A stretch of 63,819 nt of DNA, filler included, from Lama guanicoe (GCA_013239625.1; 99 parts of 99 records of this genome joined end to end with filler, not necessarily neighbours in it); one strand, 5' to 3'; shown: positions 1 to 12,336, counted from the first letter of the whole stretch. Notes: generated by a model from the sequence alone, not told the origin. Numbers and translations: made by a program.

Positions 1-487
1 TATGTAAAGCTATTAATTCCTCTCTAATAGTGAATTTTTGCATGTGATAGGACTTCTGCTGTAAGATTTTCTGTAACAAGAATTAGCTCATATGTGATTG
101 CTAAATAAGAGAATGATGACAGCATAACGCATATGGTGCCTTTTTCATGCATTTGAAAAAAAGCCAACATGTTAATGGTTTTAGTCTTATCGAAAGTAAT
201 AGCAGTAAAACAGAAAGTATACTAAAATAGAAAGTGTACTACTGTTGCTGAATGCTACTAGCTCTGGGTGAATACGGTACTGTAAATGCCACCTATTTTC
301 AAGTGCTTTTTCCTTTTGGTTTAGTTAAATCATGTGCTTCCTCTTGAAATTGTTTATTGTATGATTTTTTCCTCAACTTTATGTGTTGCCCCCTTGCTAT
401 AATTCATCTCCCTCAATGCATTCTTCTTATGCTCAATGTATCCCCTTCTTATGCTTACCCATTAAAAAATGAAGTTTTATATTTACT

Positions 488-587
488 NNNNNNNNNNNNN
501 NNNNNNNNNNNNNNNNNNNNNNNNNNNNNNNTTAATTAATTAANNNNNNNNNNNNNNNNNNNNNNNNNNNNNNNNNNNNNNNNNNNN
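488..587. other. Artificial contig-joining spacer N44-TTAATTAATTAA-N44 (first of ~98 copies)
   Basis: Exactly 44 N + TTAATTAATTAA + 44 N = 100 bp, repeated between every segment up to 63488..63587. The palindromic core gives TAA in all six frames. Confidence 0.98.
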
Positions 588-1250
588 ATCCTCTTTATTT
601 CCAAGCATCTGTGGATGTGACTGGGCTAGACAACCTGTTAATTTCACTTTGTACACAATGGCACATTATTCAAGAATCAAAGTTTGTGAACAGATTCTCT
701 CCTCTCTTCACCTATTTCATGCTTAACAAATTTCTACTGCTTGTTTTTTCCTGAAGAAATACTTCCTTGTAATTTACCTTTTCTATGGTAACGAAGTAAG
801 CCCAGGACTTCTGCCTTTGCTTATTAAAAGGAAAGCTATTCAAAATAATAACAATAATGGGAATTATGTATGTTTTCCTGGAACACCTAGATTTAAAAGT
901 ATATATTATGTCTAATATGCTTAACAACTGTATGAATTCAGTACTATGGTCTTAATTTTTTACTTAATTATAATAGAACCCATCTACTGTGCAGTCACTT
1001 CTGTATGCATGATTATATTCACTCTTTACAAAGACCTTTGTGTATATATATTCTGGGCCAGTAGAAGCCCAGAGGAGGGAGTGTCGAGTTTTGCCATTTG
1101 AGGTAGGAAAGGCCTCCAAGAGGATGCTGGGATACAATACAGAGGAGGAANNNNNNNNNNNNNNNNNNNNNNNNNNNNNNNNNNNNNNNNNNNNTTAATT
1201 AATTAANNNNNNNNNNNNNNNNNNNNNNNNNNNNNNNNNNNNNNNNNNNN

Positions 1251-1663
1251 TCAGGCATCTTTTCCTTGAAGGTATCTGTAAACAAGTAAAAAATTAAGAT
1301 AAGGTCAAATGTGAAACTTTTATTCCCGTGAGCCACGTGGTACCTGGGGATGACCGGGTTGCACTCTCTGGGATCCAGTGGGTTGATGTCATAGTTCTCA
1401 CAGTCAAAGGTTCCATTCCATAAGGGCTTTGCCAGCTGAAATGCTATCTTCCACTGTGCGAGTGTGACTTCTCTTCTGTGCCAGACGTAAATTTTGCTCC
1501 CCAAATGAAATACCAGTACCTGGGAAAACGGCCCTGGACCATCTGTTAACGTCCAGGATAGGCTCTAGTGGAATCAGAGTCCCTAGGGATAGGAAGTCCA
1601 GTGGGTGATGGCGTCAATCGTAAGGGAGCATTTAATACCAACACAGAAAGGTATGGCTGCCCG
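1251..1663 (-). pseudogene. Possible degenerate betaretrovirus-like ERV env (SU) fragment
   Basis: Minus-strand pieces in different frames ([50 protein letters not shown]) loosely parallel JSRV-type SU motifs (IPFC..IDTPWTLC, WDW, LWKL). Stops and frameshifts are present. Weak and recalled from memory. Confidence 0.3.
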
Positions 1664-2243
1664 NNNNNNNNNNNNNNNNNNNNNNNNNNNNNNNNNNNNN
1701 NNNNNNNTTAATTAATTAANNNNNNNNNNNNNNNNNNNNNNNNNNNNNNNNNNNNNNNNNNNNTCCTCTGGTTTTCCCCTTTCTCATTCTTCTAGGAGAT
1801 GCAGTATCAGAAGTTTAAAGAAGAGCTATATGCAATTAAAAAAAAAAAAAAAGAAAAAAACAGCATATTCATCGGTTGGCCAAACTTAACGGGTTATATT
1901 TAAAATATCCCTCAATGGATACTTTAATTCCTCTTTCAATTTTTAAGTTATTCTTAAAGTATCTAAAACACGCCTGCTCCAAATCCCTTATTACTACATT
2001 TCTGTCCGACGAGTCCTCTCTCCCTCAAGCAAGTAACAGAATAGTACAGTAATTCAAAACTACGTCTTTCCAAATCTAAAAGCATGTTCTAATTCACTAT
2101 GCAATGCAGTGGGTTTTTCTTTTTTTATTTCACTGTTACGAACNNNNNNNNNNNNNNNNNNNNNNNNNNNNNNNNNNNNNNNNNNNNTTAATTAATTAAN
2201 NNNNNNNNNNNNNNNNNNNNNNNNNNNNNNNNNNNNNNNNNNN

Positions 2244-2982
2244 AATTTAGAGGATTGAATGTAGAACACCGAATATAGAATATAGAATAGAGCATATGGA
2301 ACACAAAATATAGAACATTGAATGTAGAACACAGAATTTAGAATATAGAATGCAGAATACTGAATATAGAATTAAGAATATAGAATGTAGAACACAGAAT
2401 ATAAAATATAGAATACAGAATATAGAACACAAAATTTAGAACATGGAATGCAGTACACAGAATTTAAAATATAGAACAGCAATACTGAATATAGAATATG
2501 AATATACAATTTAGAACACAGTATTTAGAATATAGAATACCGAATACTGAATTTCGAATTTAGAATATTGAATGTAGAACACAGAATATGGAATGTAGAA
2601 TACGGAATGCAGAATATTCAATAGAGAATATAGAATCCAGAATTTAGAACATAGAATGCAGAACACAGAATTTAGAATATAGAAGACCGAATACTGAATA
2701 TAGAATATGAATATATAATGTAGAACACATAATTTAGAATATAGAAGACCGAATACTGAATATAGAATATGAATATATAATGTAGAACACATAATTTAGA
2801 ATATAGAATGTAGAACACAGAATATGGAATGTAGAATACGGAATGCAGAATATTCAATAGAGAATATAGAATCCAGAATTTAGAACATAAATTGCAGAAC
2901 ACAGAATTTAGAATATAGAATACCGAATACTATATATAGAATATGAATATATAATGTAGAACACATAATTTAGAATATAGAA
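2244..2982. repeat. AT-rich satellite built from degenerate AGAATAT heptamers
   Basis: Continuous AGAATAT/AGAACAC/AGAATTT/GGAATGC units. Internal 62-bp (2681/2743) and 236-bp (2571/2807) duplications. Confidence 0.95.
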
Positions 2983-3082
2983 NNNNNNNNNNNNNNNNNN
3001 NNNNNNNNNNNNNNNNNNNNNNNNNNTTAATTAATTAANNNNNNNNNNNNNNNNNNNNNNNNNNNNNNNNNNNNNNNNNNNN

Positions 3083-3601
3083 GTTCCGCATTCAATATTC
3101 TAAATTCTATATTCAGTATTCTGAATTCTATATTCTGAATTTTGTGTTCTGTATTACATGTTCTAAATACTGTGTTCTGTATTCTGTTTTCCATATTCTA
3201 TATTCTGTGTTCTACATTCTATATTCTGTATTCTATATTATGCATTCCTTATTCTATATTCTATATTCTGTGTTCTACATTCTATATTCTGTATTCTATA
3301 TTATGCATTCCTTATTCTATATTCTATATTCTGTGTTCTACATTCTATATTCTGTATTCTATATTATGCATTCCTTATTCTATATTCTATATTCTGTGTT
3401 CTACATTCTATATTCTGTATTCTATATTATGCATTCCTTATTCTATATTCTATATTCTGTGTTCTACATTCTATATTCTAAATTCTATATTCAGTGTTTT
3501 GTATTCTATACTCTAAATTCTTTGTTCTGCATTCCATGTTCTAAATACTGGTTTCTATTTTCGCTAATCTATATTCTATATCCTGGGTTCTAAATTCTAT
3601 A
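3083..3601. repeat. AGAATAT-heptamer satellite (reverse orientation) with a 63-bp higher-order unit
   Basis: TCTACATT recurs at 3211, 3274, 3337, 3400 and 3463. Confidence 0.95.
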
Positions 3602-3701
3602 NNNNNNNNNNNNNNNNNNNNNNNNNNNNNNNNNNNNNNNNNNNNTTAATTAATTAANNNNNNNNNNNNNNNNNNNNNNNNNNNNNNNNNNNNNNNNNNN
3701 N

Positions 3702-4454
3702 ATGCAGAACACAGAATTTAGAATACATAATACAGAATACTGTATATAGAATTTAGAATATAAAATGTAGAACACATAATATAGAATATAATATAAGGAA
3801 TGCATAATATAGAATACAGAATATAGAATTTAGAACACAGAATATAGAATATGGGAAACAGAATACAGAACCCAGAATTTAGAACATGGAATGCAGAACA
3901 CAGAATTTAGATTATAGTATACAGAATACTGAATATAGAATTTAGAAAATAGTATGTATAACACAGAAAATAGAATAGAGAATAGAGAATGTAGAACACA
4001 GAATTTAGAACACGGAATGCAGAACACAGAATTTAGAATACAGAATACAGAATATTGATTAGAGAATTTGGAATATAGAATGTAAAATATAGAATTTAGA
4101 ATACAGATTAACGAATGCAGAATATAGACTTAAGAATACAGAATGAAGAACACAGTATATAGAATATTGAATAGAGAATATAGAACTCAGAATTTAGAAC
4201 ATGGAAAACAGAACACAGAATTTAGAATGTAGAATACAGAACACTGAATATACAGCTTATAATATAGAATATAGAACACAGAATAAAAAATAGAGGATAG
4301 AGAAAATAGAAGCCAGAATTTATAAAATGGAATGCAGAACAAAGAATTTAGTATATAGAATACAGAATACTGAAGATAGAATTTAGTGTATAGAATGTAG
4401 AACAAAGAAATTAGAATATAAAATACGGAAAGCAGAATATAGAATGTAGAATAT
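3702..4454. repeat. AGAATAT-heptamer satellite
   Basis: Same heptamer variants throughout the contig. Confidence 0.95.
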
Positions 4455-4554
4455 NNNNNNNNNNNNNNNNNNNNNNNNNNNNNNNNNNNNNNNNNNNNTT
4501 AATTAATTAANNNNNNNNNNNNNNNNNNNNNNNNNNNNNNNNNNNNNNNNNNNN

Positions 4555-4858
4555 AAGCACATGGACCCCAGACTGGCTGGGACCAGAGGCCTGATGATTG
4601 AGAGTCCTGGACCACCACCATGTGACCTCATCACCAGCCAATCAGAAGAAGGTCACACACTCTGCAGCCCTCCCCCCAGTTTTGCCTATAAAGGCTGTTT
4701 TAGAAAGCCATTGGGGAGTTTGGGTTTTGGAGTATTAGCTGCCCCGGACCCCTTGGCTGATACTTACGATAAACACTGCACTTTCCTTTCCCACAACCCC
4801 ATGTCAGTAGGTTGGCTTTACTGGGCGCAGATGAGCAGACCCAAGTTTGGTTCCATTT
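4555..4858 (+). mobile_element. ERV1-type LTR (U3-R-U5, 5' truncated)
   Basis: CCAAT 4638-4642, TATAAA 4687-4692, polyA-like GATAAA 4768-4773, and a U5-like end GACCCAAGTTTGGTTC. Confidence 0.7.
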
Positions 4859-6976
4859 CCATTCAAATCTACTGGGTCATACTTTGAATGTTTTAACCTG
4901 TCTCAGTCAACCACCATTACCAACAGGTATTATAACCATTGGCAACTACTTACGCACATATTCCTGACCGATTGCATTCATTGTTGTATCCCTAACATGT
5001 AACTACTACACATAGTAGATACCAAAGATANNNNNNNNNNNNNNNNNNNNNNNNNNNNNNNNNNNNNNNNNNNNTTAATTAATTAANNNNNNNNNNNNNN
5101 NNNNNNNNNNNNNNNNNNNNNNNNNNNNNNAGGAGCCAGCAAAGGGAGATGAAATGAGGATACAGTGGAGAGGCTGTGACTGATGGATCTGGGAGTCAGG
5201 AAGGGATGGGGAAGAGGAAACAGGAACCAAATCCCATCTTCCAAGAAGGCCAGTAGGAAGGAGGTGAAGGTGGGAAGAGATGCTGCTACATTTGGGGATG
5301 GGTCACCTGAGGTGATTCCGGTCACCTCAGAACGAAGACGGCTGGTACCCACATGCAGTCAGTTATTTGATGAAGTCTTTCTGAACGTGCATGAAACCAA
5401 GGGCTGCCACATTGGATATGATCCATTATCTGTCCCCTTGTATTCTGAGAGTGGTGCCAAGAGATATATGTTAGAAAGGTCTAGCCTTCTCTGACAAAAT
5501 GAAACCTCGGGAACGGTCCCCAAATGCTCTGGTTACCTTAAATAACCCACGAAGGAGTTATTGTCCACCTATTTNNNNNNNNNNNNNNNNNNNNNNNNNN
5601 NNNNNNNNNNNNNNNNNNTTAATTAATTAANNNNNNNNNNNNNNNNNNNNNNNNNNNNNNNNNNNNNNNNNNNNCAAACTCATTTCCAACCCACTGCCCT
5701 GTCCGGGAGGACTGCTCGGAACATCTGTGCTGTCACCTGTGCACAGGCTGTGCAAGGGGCTCAGACAGTGACGTGACATCCCAGTGGAAGTGGCTCGGAG
5801 ACCACTTCATCGCTGGACAGACTCTCCCGGCTTCCAACGTTATCGCTCCATTTCATTTGCAACCGGAAAGTAAGTTTAGACTTGTTTTCCTCTCCTAGAA
5901 ACAAAGAGAGTGGTAACATCAGCCGGAAACTCAAGACTGAGGAAGAGTCTCCTGGCCATCTGGAAGGATAGGCCGGGGAGGGAACAGAGACAGTTATCAG
6001 AAAGACCCGTGTTCCAGTCCAAAGCCTGCACTTCACTCGCTTTGACAGTTTATTTATTAACACAGGTGATAAAATCTAATTATGATTGTTGGGAAAACTA
6101 ATNNNNNNNNNNNNNNNNNNNNNNNNNNNNNNNNNNNNNNNNNNNNTTAATTAATTAANNNNNNNNNNNNNNNNNNNNNNNNNNNNNNNNNNNNNNNNNN
6201 NNATAATATTTTTTAGAGTTGTCACACCTATATTAAGTAAGTTAAACTGAACGACAGTTATTGTTCTTTGTGCTATCTCTGTTAGGTTTTGATTATAAAG
6301 TTATACTATCATCACAAAATGAATTGGGAAGTTTTTCATCATTTTTTTTCTGTGGTCTGGAATAGAATAACATTGAAATTATTTGTTCTGTAAGATTTAA
6401 AGAGAAGTCAGTTTACAGTTTTATGTAATCTCTGTGTTACTGTCAAAGGATATACTGTGGAGTTTTTACAAATCTTAGATGCCATTGATAGTAAGAAGCT
6501 CCATTATTTCATGTACTACTAAGAAAAGAAAAAAAGGTCAAATTGTGTTAAGCTTTATTACCATACATAGTTTTTATTTTACAGTTATTTAAGTAACTTT
6601 TTAGCGATATAGGGAGAATTTTTATCATATATGAAATTTGTGCATGAATGAAAAGAAACTGAAGATAATTTGGTAAAAATTTATTCTAAATACCTTTCAC
6701 ATCCAGAGTTGACTCTTCTGAATCTTTTTTTAACTTAGTGTCATTAATTTCTGTGTTGACTTACTAGCAAAGTNNNNNNNNNNNNNNNNNNNNNNNNNNN
6801 NNNNNNNNNNNNNNNNNTTAATTAATTAANNNNNNNNNNNNNNNNNNNNNNNNNNNNNNNNNNNNNNNNNNNNTCATGGCCTGTGCCACTGATACTGGAT
6901 GCTTTGTGGTAGGGATTTCTTTCCTGTATTACTGTGTTCCTGTTTCCCACCGATACACAGCCCTGCTTCCCCCCCC

Positions 6977-7001
6977 CACACACACACATACACACACACA
7001 C
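6977..7001. repeat. (CA)n microsatellite
   Basis: Imperfect CA run following a C-tract. Confidence 0.85.
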
Positions 7002-7433
7002 CTGTGGGTTAAGGAAAATATGCAATTCCAGTCATTAAGGGGCTGGGGCGGTAAAGGAGGCTGAGTTTGGATGTGTCTTGAGAACGAGCCCAGTGTGATC
7101 AAGAAGCTTCAGTTTGTCAGGAAGCTCCAAGGAGTTCCCTCATCAAGGTGGAAGATGGAGCAGAGAGGAAAGGGGAGGGGCCGAGACCGCATTCTTCTCC
7201 AGGGCACAGTAGAGGACCTTGCTTCCTCATTTGAACAATAGAATCATCTGTTAAATACCTAAATTATCTTTGGGATGCATGAAGCTTCCTTCACCTGGGA
7301 GAAGAGAAGTCATTATCATTTCTCTCAGTAAGCNNNNNNNNNNNNNNNNNNNNNNNNNNNNNNNNNNNNNNNNNNNNTTAATTAATTAANNNNNNNNNNN
7401 NNNNNNNNNNNNNNNNNNNNNNNNNNNNNNNNN

Positions 7434-7498
7434 AAATGATTATAAATCAGTAAAAAAAAGTTTAAAAAGAAAAAGAAAAAAAAGAAAAAATTAAAAAA
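7434..7498 (+). mobile_element. L1 3' terminus and A-rich tail
   Basis: AAATGATTATAAATCA followed by an A-rich tail; same terminus as at 11257-11292. Confidence 0.75.
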
Positions 7499-7962
7499 CT
7501 TGAAGTAATACGTTTTTTTAATTCTCCATTAATTTTCACCTTGACAGGTGCACACAACTCTAATACTATAGATGAATGTAGATGAAGCTATGTCACTGTG
7601 AAATTTCAAAGCAACATGAAGGAAAAGAAGGTCCTAAAAGCTTCATTTTTTTTTTTTGCAAAAGATCAAGAATCAGAATGGTATTGGAACACCCATCAGA
7701 AACCCTGGAAACCAGAAGTCAAAAATTACAGGGGAAAGCAATTTGAAATGTAGGATTATACGCCCAAACTATTGATTAAAAGTTCCAGTGGAAAAAAAAA
7801 TATTTTCTGATAAAAAAACAAAAACAAAAACAAAACTGAGTCATCCTCTCTTATACTGTCCCNNNNNNNNNNNNNNNNNNNNNNNNNNNNNNNNNNNNNN
7901 NNNNNNTTAATTAATTAANNNNNNNNNNNNNNNNNNNNNNNNNNNNNNNNNNNNNNNNNNNN

Positions 7963-8389
7963 CCATGTTATAAATACTGGGTTCTATATACTCTATTCTT
8001 TATTCTATATTATGTGTTCATCATTCTATTTTCTTTATACTGTATTCTGCATTCCGTAGTCTATATTCTATATTCTGTGTTCTGCATTCCATGTTGTAAA
8101 TTTTGGGTTCCATATACTTTATTCTATATTCTATATTCTATGTTCTACATTCTGTATTCTGTATTCTATGTTCTGCATTCCCGTATTCTATATTCTACTT
8201 TTTATTCTACATTGTATATTCTAAATTCTATATTCAGTATTCCGTATTCTATTTTCTATACTCTGTGTTCAACATTTGTATTCTAAATTTTATATTATGT
8301 CTTCTGTATTCTGTATTCTAAATTCTGTGTTCTGCTTTCAGTGTTCTAAGCTGTGTGTTCTATATTCACTATTATATATTCTATATTTG
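7963..8389. repeat. AGAATAT-heptamer satellite (reverse)
   Basis: ATATTCT-type units throughout. Confidence 0.93.
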
Positions 8390-8489
8390 NNNNNNNNNNN
8401 NNNNNNNNNNNNNNNNNNNNNNNNNNNNNNNNNTTAATTAATTAANNNNNNNNNNNNNNNNNNNNNNNNNNNNNNNNNNNNNNNNNNNN

Positions 8490-9018
8490 GAGCCCTTGGT
8501 AATGTGTCATTCTAGTGTTGGTTAGCCATCGGTGCCCCTGGCTGTTCATTATGGTGGTGACTGCGTGTGGAACCTTCACGTTGACAGTCTGTCCAAGGGT
8601 GAGCTTGTCTGCTTCCTTGACTAGAGTTATTGTAGCAGCCAATGCTCATAAGCATGGTGGCCACCATGAAGCTACAGGGTCCAGACACTTTGACAAATAG
8701 GCCACGGGCCGCTGCCATGGCCCCACTGCTTGGGTGAGAACCCCTAGGGCTGTATGATTCTTCTCATGGAAGAACAAGTTGAATTCTCTTGTCACATCTG
8801 GTAGGCCCAGGGCTAGGGCCCTGGTTAGTAGTCTTTTGATCTTATTAAATGCTTCTTCCTGCTTGGGTCCCCAGTCTGAGGGTTCTTTCCCAGATCCAGC
8901 AGTGGCTTCATACAGGGGCTTGGCTATGTCTAAGAAACCAAGGATCCAGATTTGGCAGAACCCTGCTGCCGCCAGGAATTCTCGGATCTCTCTCTTGGTG
9001 CCTGGCCGTGGTATTGCA
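8490..9018 (-). pseudogene. pol: Class I (gammaretrovirus-like) ERV pol fragment, RT thumb/connection region
   Basis: Reads in a single frame: ...[116 protein letters not shown]. One TGA at 8646-8648. Confidence 0.93.
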
Positions 9019-9319
9019 NNNNNNNNNNNNNNNNNNNNNNNNNNNNNNNNNNNNNNNNNNNNTTAATTAATTAANNNNNNNNNNNNNNNNNNNNNNNNNN
9101 NNNNNNNNNNNNNNNNNNATGGTCCTTGCTCATCTTGCTCATGCCACTACTGGTTAAATATAAATACGCTACTGTCGTGCACACATAAGCACACACATGC
9201 ACACACATGCATTCACTGTTAGGGTATTTTGTATTGGGCCAGAAGATTGATAGATACCATCATTGGGAGAATAAAAATCACTGGATAGAGAGAAACAAAA
9301 ACTCTCATTCTTTAATTCC

Positions 9320-9595
9320 TGATTTTAAACAAATATTCATTGAACACGTAATATGTGCCCTGATGTTCTAGGTACTACAATTAGGACAGCGACTAAGAAC
9401 AGTCCCTAAGCCCCGTTTTTATAAAACTCAAATAGCAGTGGGAGAGATTGACAATACGCCAGATAACTAAATAAAAGCAATGGTCTGCTGTATAGCACGA
9501 GGCATATTTTATTAGGACAAGAAGACAAATAAGTAAGCAGAAGAGGTAGCCATTAAAACTTCAGACAAGACGGTCAGAGGAAACTTCAGTGAGAT
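9320..9595 (-). mobile_element. L2 LINE fragment (followed by the start of an MLT1-like LTR)
   Basis: ACAAATATTCATTGAACAC..ATGTGCC..TGTTCTAGGTACT matches the L2 3' pattern. GTTTCCTATTGCTGATGTAACAAA at the contig end is MLT1-like. Confidence 0.55.
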
Positions 9596-9729
9596 GTCTG
9601 AGTTTCCTATTGCTGATGTAACAAAGGAGNNNNNNNNNNNNNNNNNNNNNNNNNNNNNNNNNNNNNNNNNNNNTTAATTAATTAANNNNNNNNNNNNNNN
9701 NNNNNNNNNNNNNNNNNNNNNNNNNNNNN

Positions 9730-10242
9730 CACCAGGAGGTGATGAGTTTTGAATATTTATTATCTTTGTTTCTAGAAGTATTTATTATTCTGTTTACAGA
9801 ATTTAACTCTTAGTAATGGCTTTGGTTAACAACCGGCTCAGAACATTCATGAGAATGTGAGAGTCAGCTCTTGTGAGCAGGTATGAGCCGCTCCGCCACA
9901 GCACGGCCCCCAGGAGGTGTGAGAATTCCAGATGTGAGATTCTCTGAGGAAAGGTGCTCATGTAGCCTGCATCAGCAGGGACCCAGACGGGCTGTGTTCT
10001 AGGAGGGAGGAGGGCAGGGGGCAGGAACAGAAGAGGTCTTTCCGGAGGAGGTGGGCTCAGAGCTGAGCTGTGGAGCATGAGGAGGGTCTGGCAAGGGGGA
10101 TGGGAGAGCAGCCTGCTCGAGGGCCTGGTTGTGGGGGAACCTGGGGTGAGGGCGGGAAGCAATCAGAGCTCAGTGTGTAGTGAATCTGTGCCTAAACCTG
10201 ACCCCTGAATTGTTTCTTTCTTTGTAGGTCATTTTGCACGAT
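9730..10242. repeat. Copy 1 of a near-identical contig pair (copy 2 at 33279..33792)
   Basis: Both begin CACCAGGAGGTGATGAG and end TTTTGCACGAT, with only scattered substitutions and small indels. Confidence 0.95.
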
Positions 10243-10342
10243 NNNNNNNNNNNNNNNNNNNNNNNNNNNNNNNNNNNNNNNNNNNNTTAATTAATTAANN
10301 NNNNNNNNNNNNNNNNNNNNNNNNNNNNNNNNNNNNNNNNNN

Positions 10343-10592
10343 TTGTCCTCATGGCATCTGAGTGTGACAGTCCTCCAAGCGTGTCAACAACCAGGAAGGT
10401 CACAGGAGCTCTGAGTTTCTTTGCTCCAAGTTTTTACTGCAGGCTTTATTACAAAGCCATGATTTATTGGGTCACTACCGACATGGCTAACCCAAACCCT
10501 AACTGTAAGCCAAACCTTTCCTTAGCCCTAAACTTTGAGACCTTTCCTCTCCTGGTGGCCACTCAATTGTCACAAAGCTTAAAGCCCCACTC
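10343..10592. mobile_element. MER21-like LTR fragment
   Basis: CAACCAGGAAGG..CCAAGTTTTTACTGCAGGCTTTATTACAAAGCCATGATT resembles the recalled MER21 consensus. Confidence 0.5.
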
Positions 10593-10692
10593 NNNNNNNN
10601 NNNNNNNNNNNNNNNNNNNNNNNNNNNNNNNNNNNNTTAATTAATTAANNNNNNNNNNNNNNNNNNNNNNNNNNNNNNNNNNNNNNNNNNNN

Positions 10693-10935
10693 GAGGAATC
10701 TCCATACTGTTTTCCACAGTGGCTGCACCAAAATACATTCCCACCAACAATGTAGGAGGGTTTGCTTTTACCACACCTCTCCAGCATTTATGGTTTGTGG
10801 ACTTTTGAATGATGGCCATTCTGACTGGTGTGAGATGATAACATTGTAGTTTCGAGCTGCATTTCTCTGATAATTGAGCGATATTCAGCATTTTTTTATA
10901 TGTCTATTGGCCATTTGTGTGTCTTCATTGGAGAA
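10693..10935 (-). mobile_element. L1 ORF2 C-terminal fragment
   Basis: Minus translation YHLTPVRMAIIQKSTNHKCWRGV..PTLLVGM..GAATVENSMEIP is the L1 ORF2p C-terminus. Confidence 0.92.
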
Positions 10936-11035
10936 NNNNNNNNNNNNNNNNNNNNNNNNNNNNNNNNNNNNNNNNNNNNTTAATTAATTAANNNNNNNNN
11001 NNNNNNNNNNNNNNNNNNNNNNNNNNNNNNNNNNN

Positions 11036-11292
11036 GAATACAGACTTGTGGTTACCAGGGGGGTAGAGGGTGGGAAGGGATGGATTGGGATTTCAAAATT
11101 GTAAAATAGATGAACAGGATTACACTGTATAGCACGGGGAAATATACACAAAATGTTATGATAAATCACAGAGAAAGGAATGTGGCAATGAGTGTGTATA
11201 TGTCCATGAGTGGCTGAGGGATTGTGCTGAACACTGGAATTTGACACAACATTGTAAAATGATTATAAATCAATAAAAAATGTTAAAAAAAA
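11036..11292 (+). mobile_element. L1 3'UTR end with AATAAA and A-tail
   Basis: CAGACTTGTGGTTACCAGGGGG..ACTGTATAGCACGGGGAAATAT..AATCAATAAAAAATGTTAAAAAAAA. Confidence 0.88.
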
Positions 11293-11617
11293 TTGATATT
11301 AAGATTGATATTGTTGATCACTTCCTCAGAAAAAGTGAATTATTGAAGGGTCGTTATTGAAAAAGTCATTATTGAAGCTCTTAACATGTTTAAACATACA
11401 ATTTTAAATGAATTATCTCAACATATGTTCACAGTCCAAAGAAGCCTATTACATCCTATCACTGCAGAAAGTTATTATAGCCAAAGTTAACTCTTCTGAA
11501 TCATTTTGGAAGATTTANNNNNNNNNNNNNNNNNNNNNNNNNNNNNNNNNNNNNNNNNNNNTTAATTAATTAANNNNNNNNNNNNNNNNNNNNNNNNNNN
11601 NNNNNNNNNNNNNNNNN

Positions 11618-12336
11618 ATATTCTAAATTCTGAGTTATGTATTCTGTATTCCATATTTTATATTTTCTTTTCTACATTCTATATTCTGTATTCAATATTC
11701 TGCATTCCGCATTCTATATTCTATATCCTGTGTTCTAAATCCTATATTCAGTATTCTGTATTTTATATTTTAAATTCTGTGTTCTGCATTCCATGTTCTA
11801 AATTCTGTGTTCTATATTCTTTTTTCCATATTCTAGATTCAGTGTTCTATATTCTATATTCTGTATTCTTCATTCCGTATTCTACAATGTATATTCTCTG
11901 TTCTAAATTTTATTTTCCAAATTCTATATGTAGTATTCTGTATTGTATATTCTATATGCTGTTTTCTAAATTCTGTATTCTAAATTCTATATTCTTTATT
12001 CTAAATTCTGTGTTCTGCTTCCCTTGTTCAAAATTCTGTGTTCTATATTCTCTATTCTGTATTCTATAATTTGTGTTCTTCATTCTATATTCTATATCCT
12101 ATATTCTGCATTCAGTTGTCTATATTGTATATTCTGTGTTCTACATTCTATATTCTAAATTCTATATTCAGTATTCTGTTTTATATATTCTAAATTCTGT
12201 GTTCTGTATTCTATGTTCTAAATTCTGGCTTCCATATTCTTCAGTCTATATTCTATATTTTCTGAACTCCATTCTTATTTCTACATCCTTTATTCTGCAT
12301 TCCATATTCTATATTATATATTCTGTGTTCTACATT
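11618..12336. repeat. AGAATAT-heptamer satellite (reverse)
   Basis: ATATTCT-type units throughout. Confidence 0.95.

Noticed and set aside
532..543. Regularly recurring palindrome TTAATTAATTAA with unique intervening sequences, superficially like a CRISPR or cassette array
   Set aside because: It is always embedded in exactly 44+44 N, so it is an assembly linker. The intervening sequences are mammalian repeats and there are no cas or integrase genes.
2247..4405. Many hydrophobic YSIF/ILYS-rich ORFs (also 8014, 11779, 12073, 13868, 28576, 59994)
   Set aside because: These are translations of the ATATTCT heptamer satellite, which is stop-poor on that strand.
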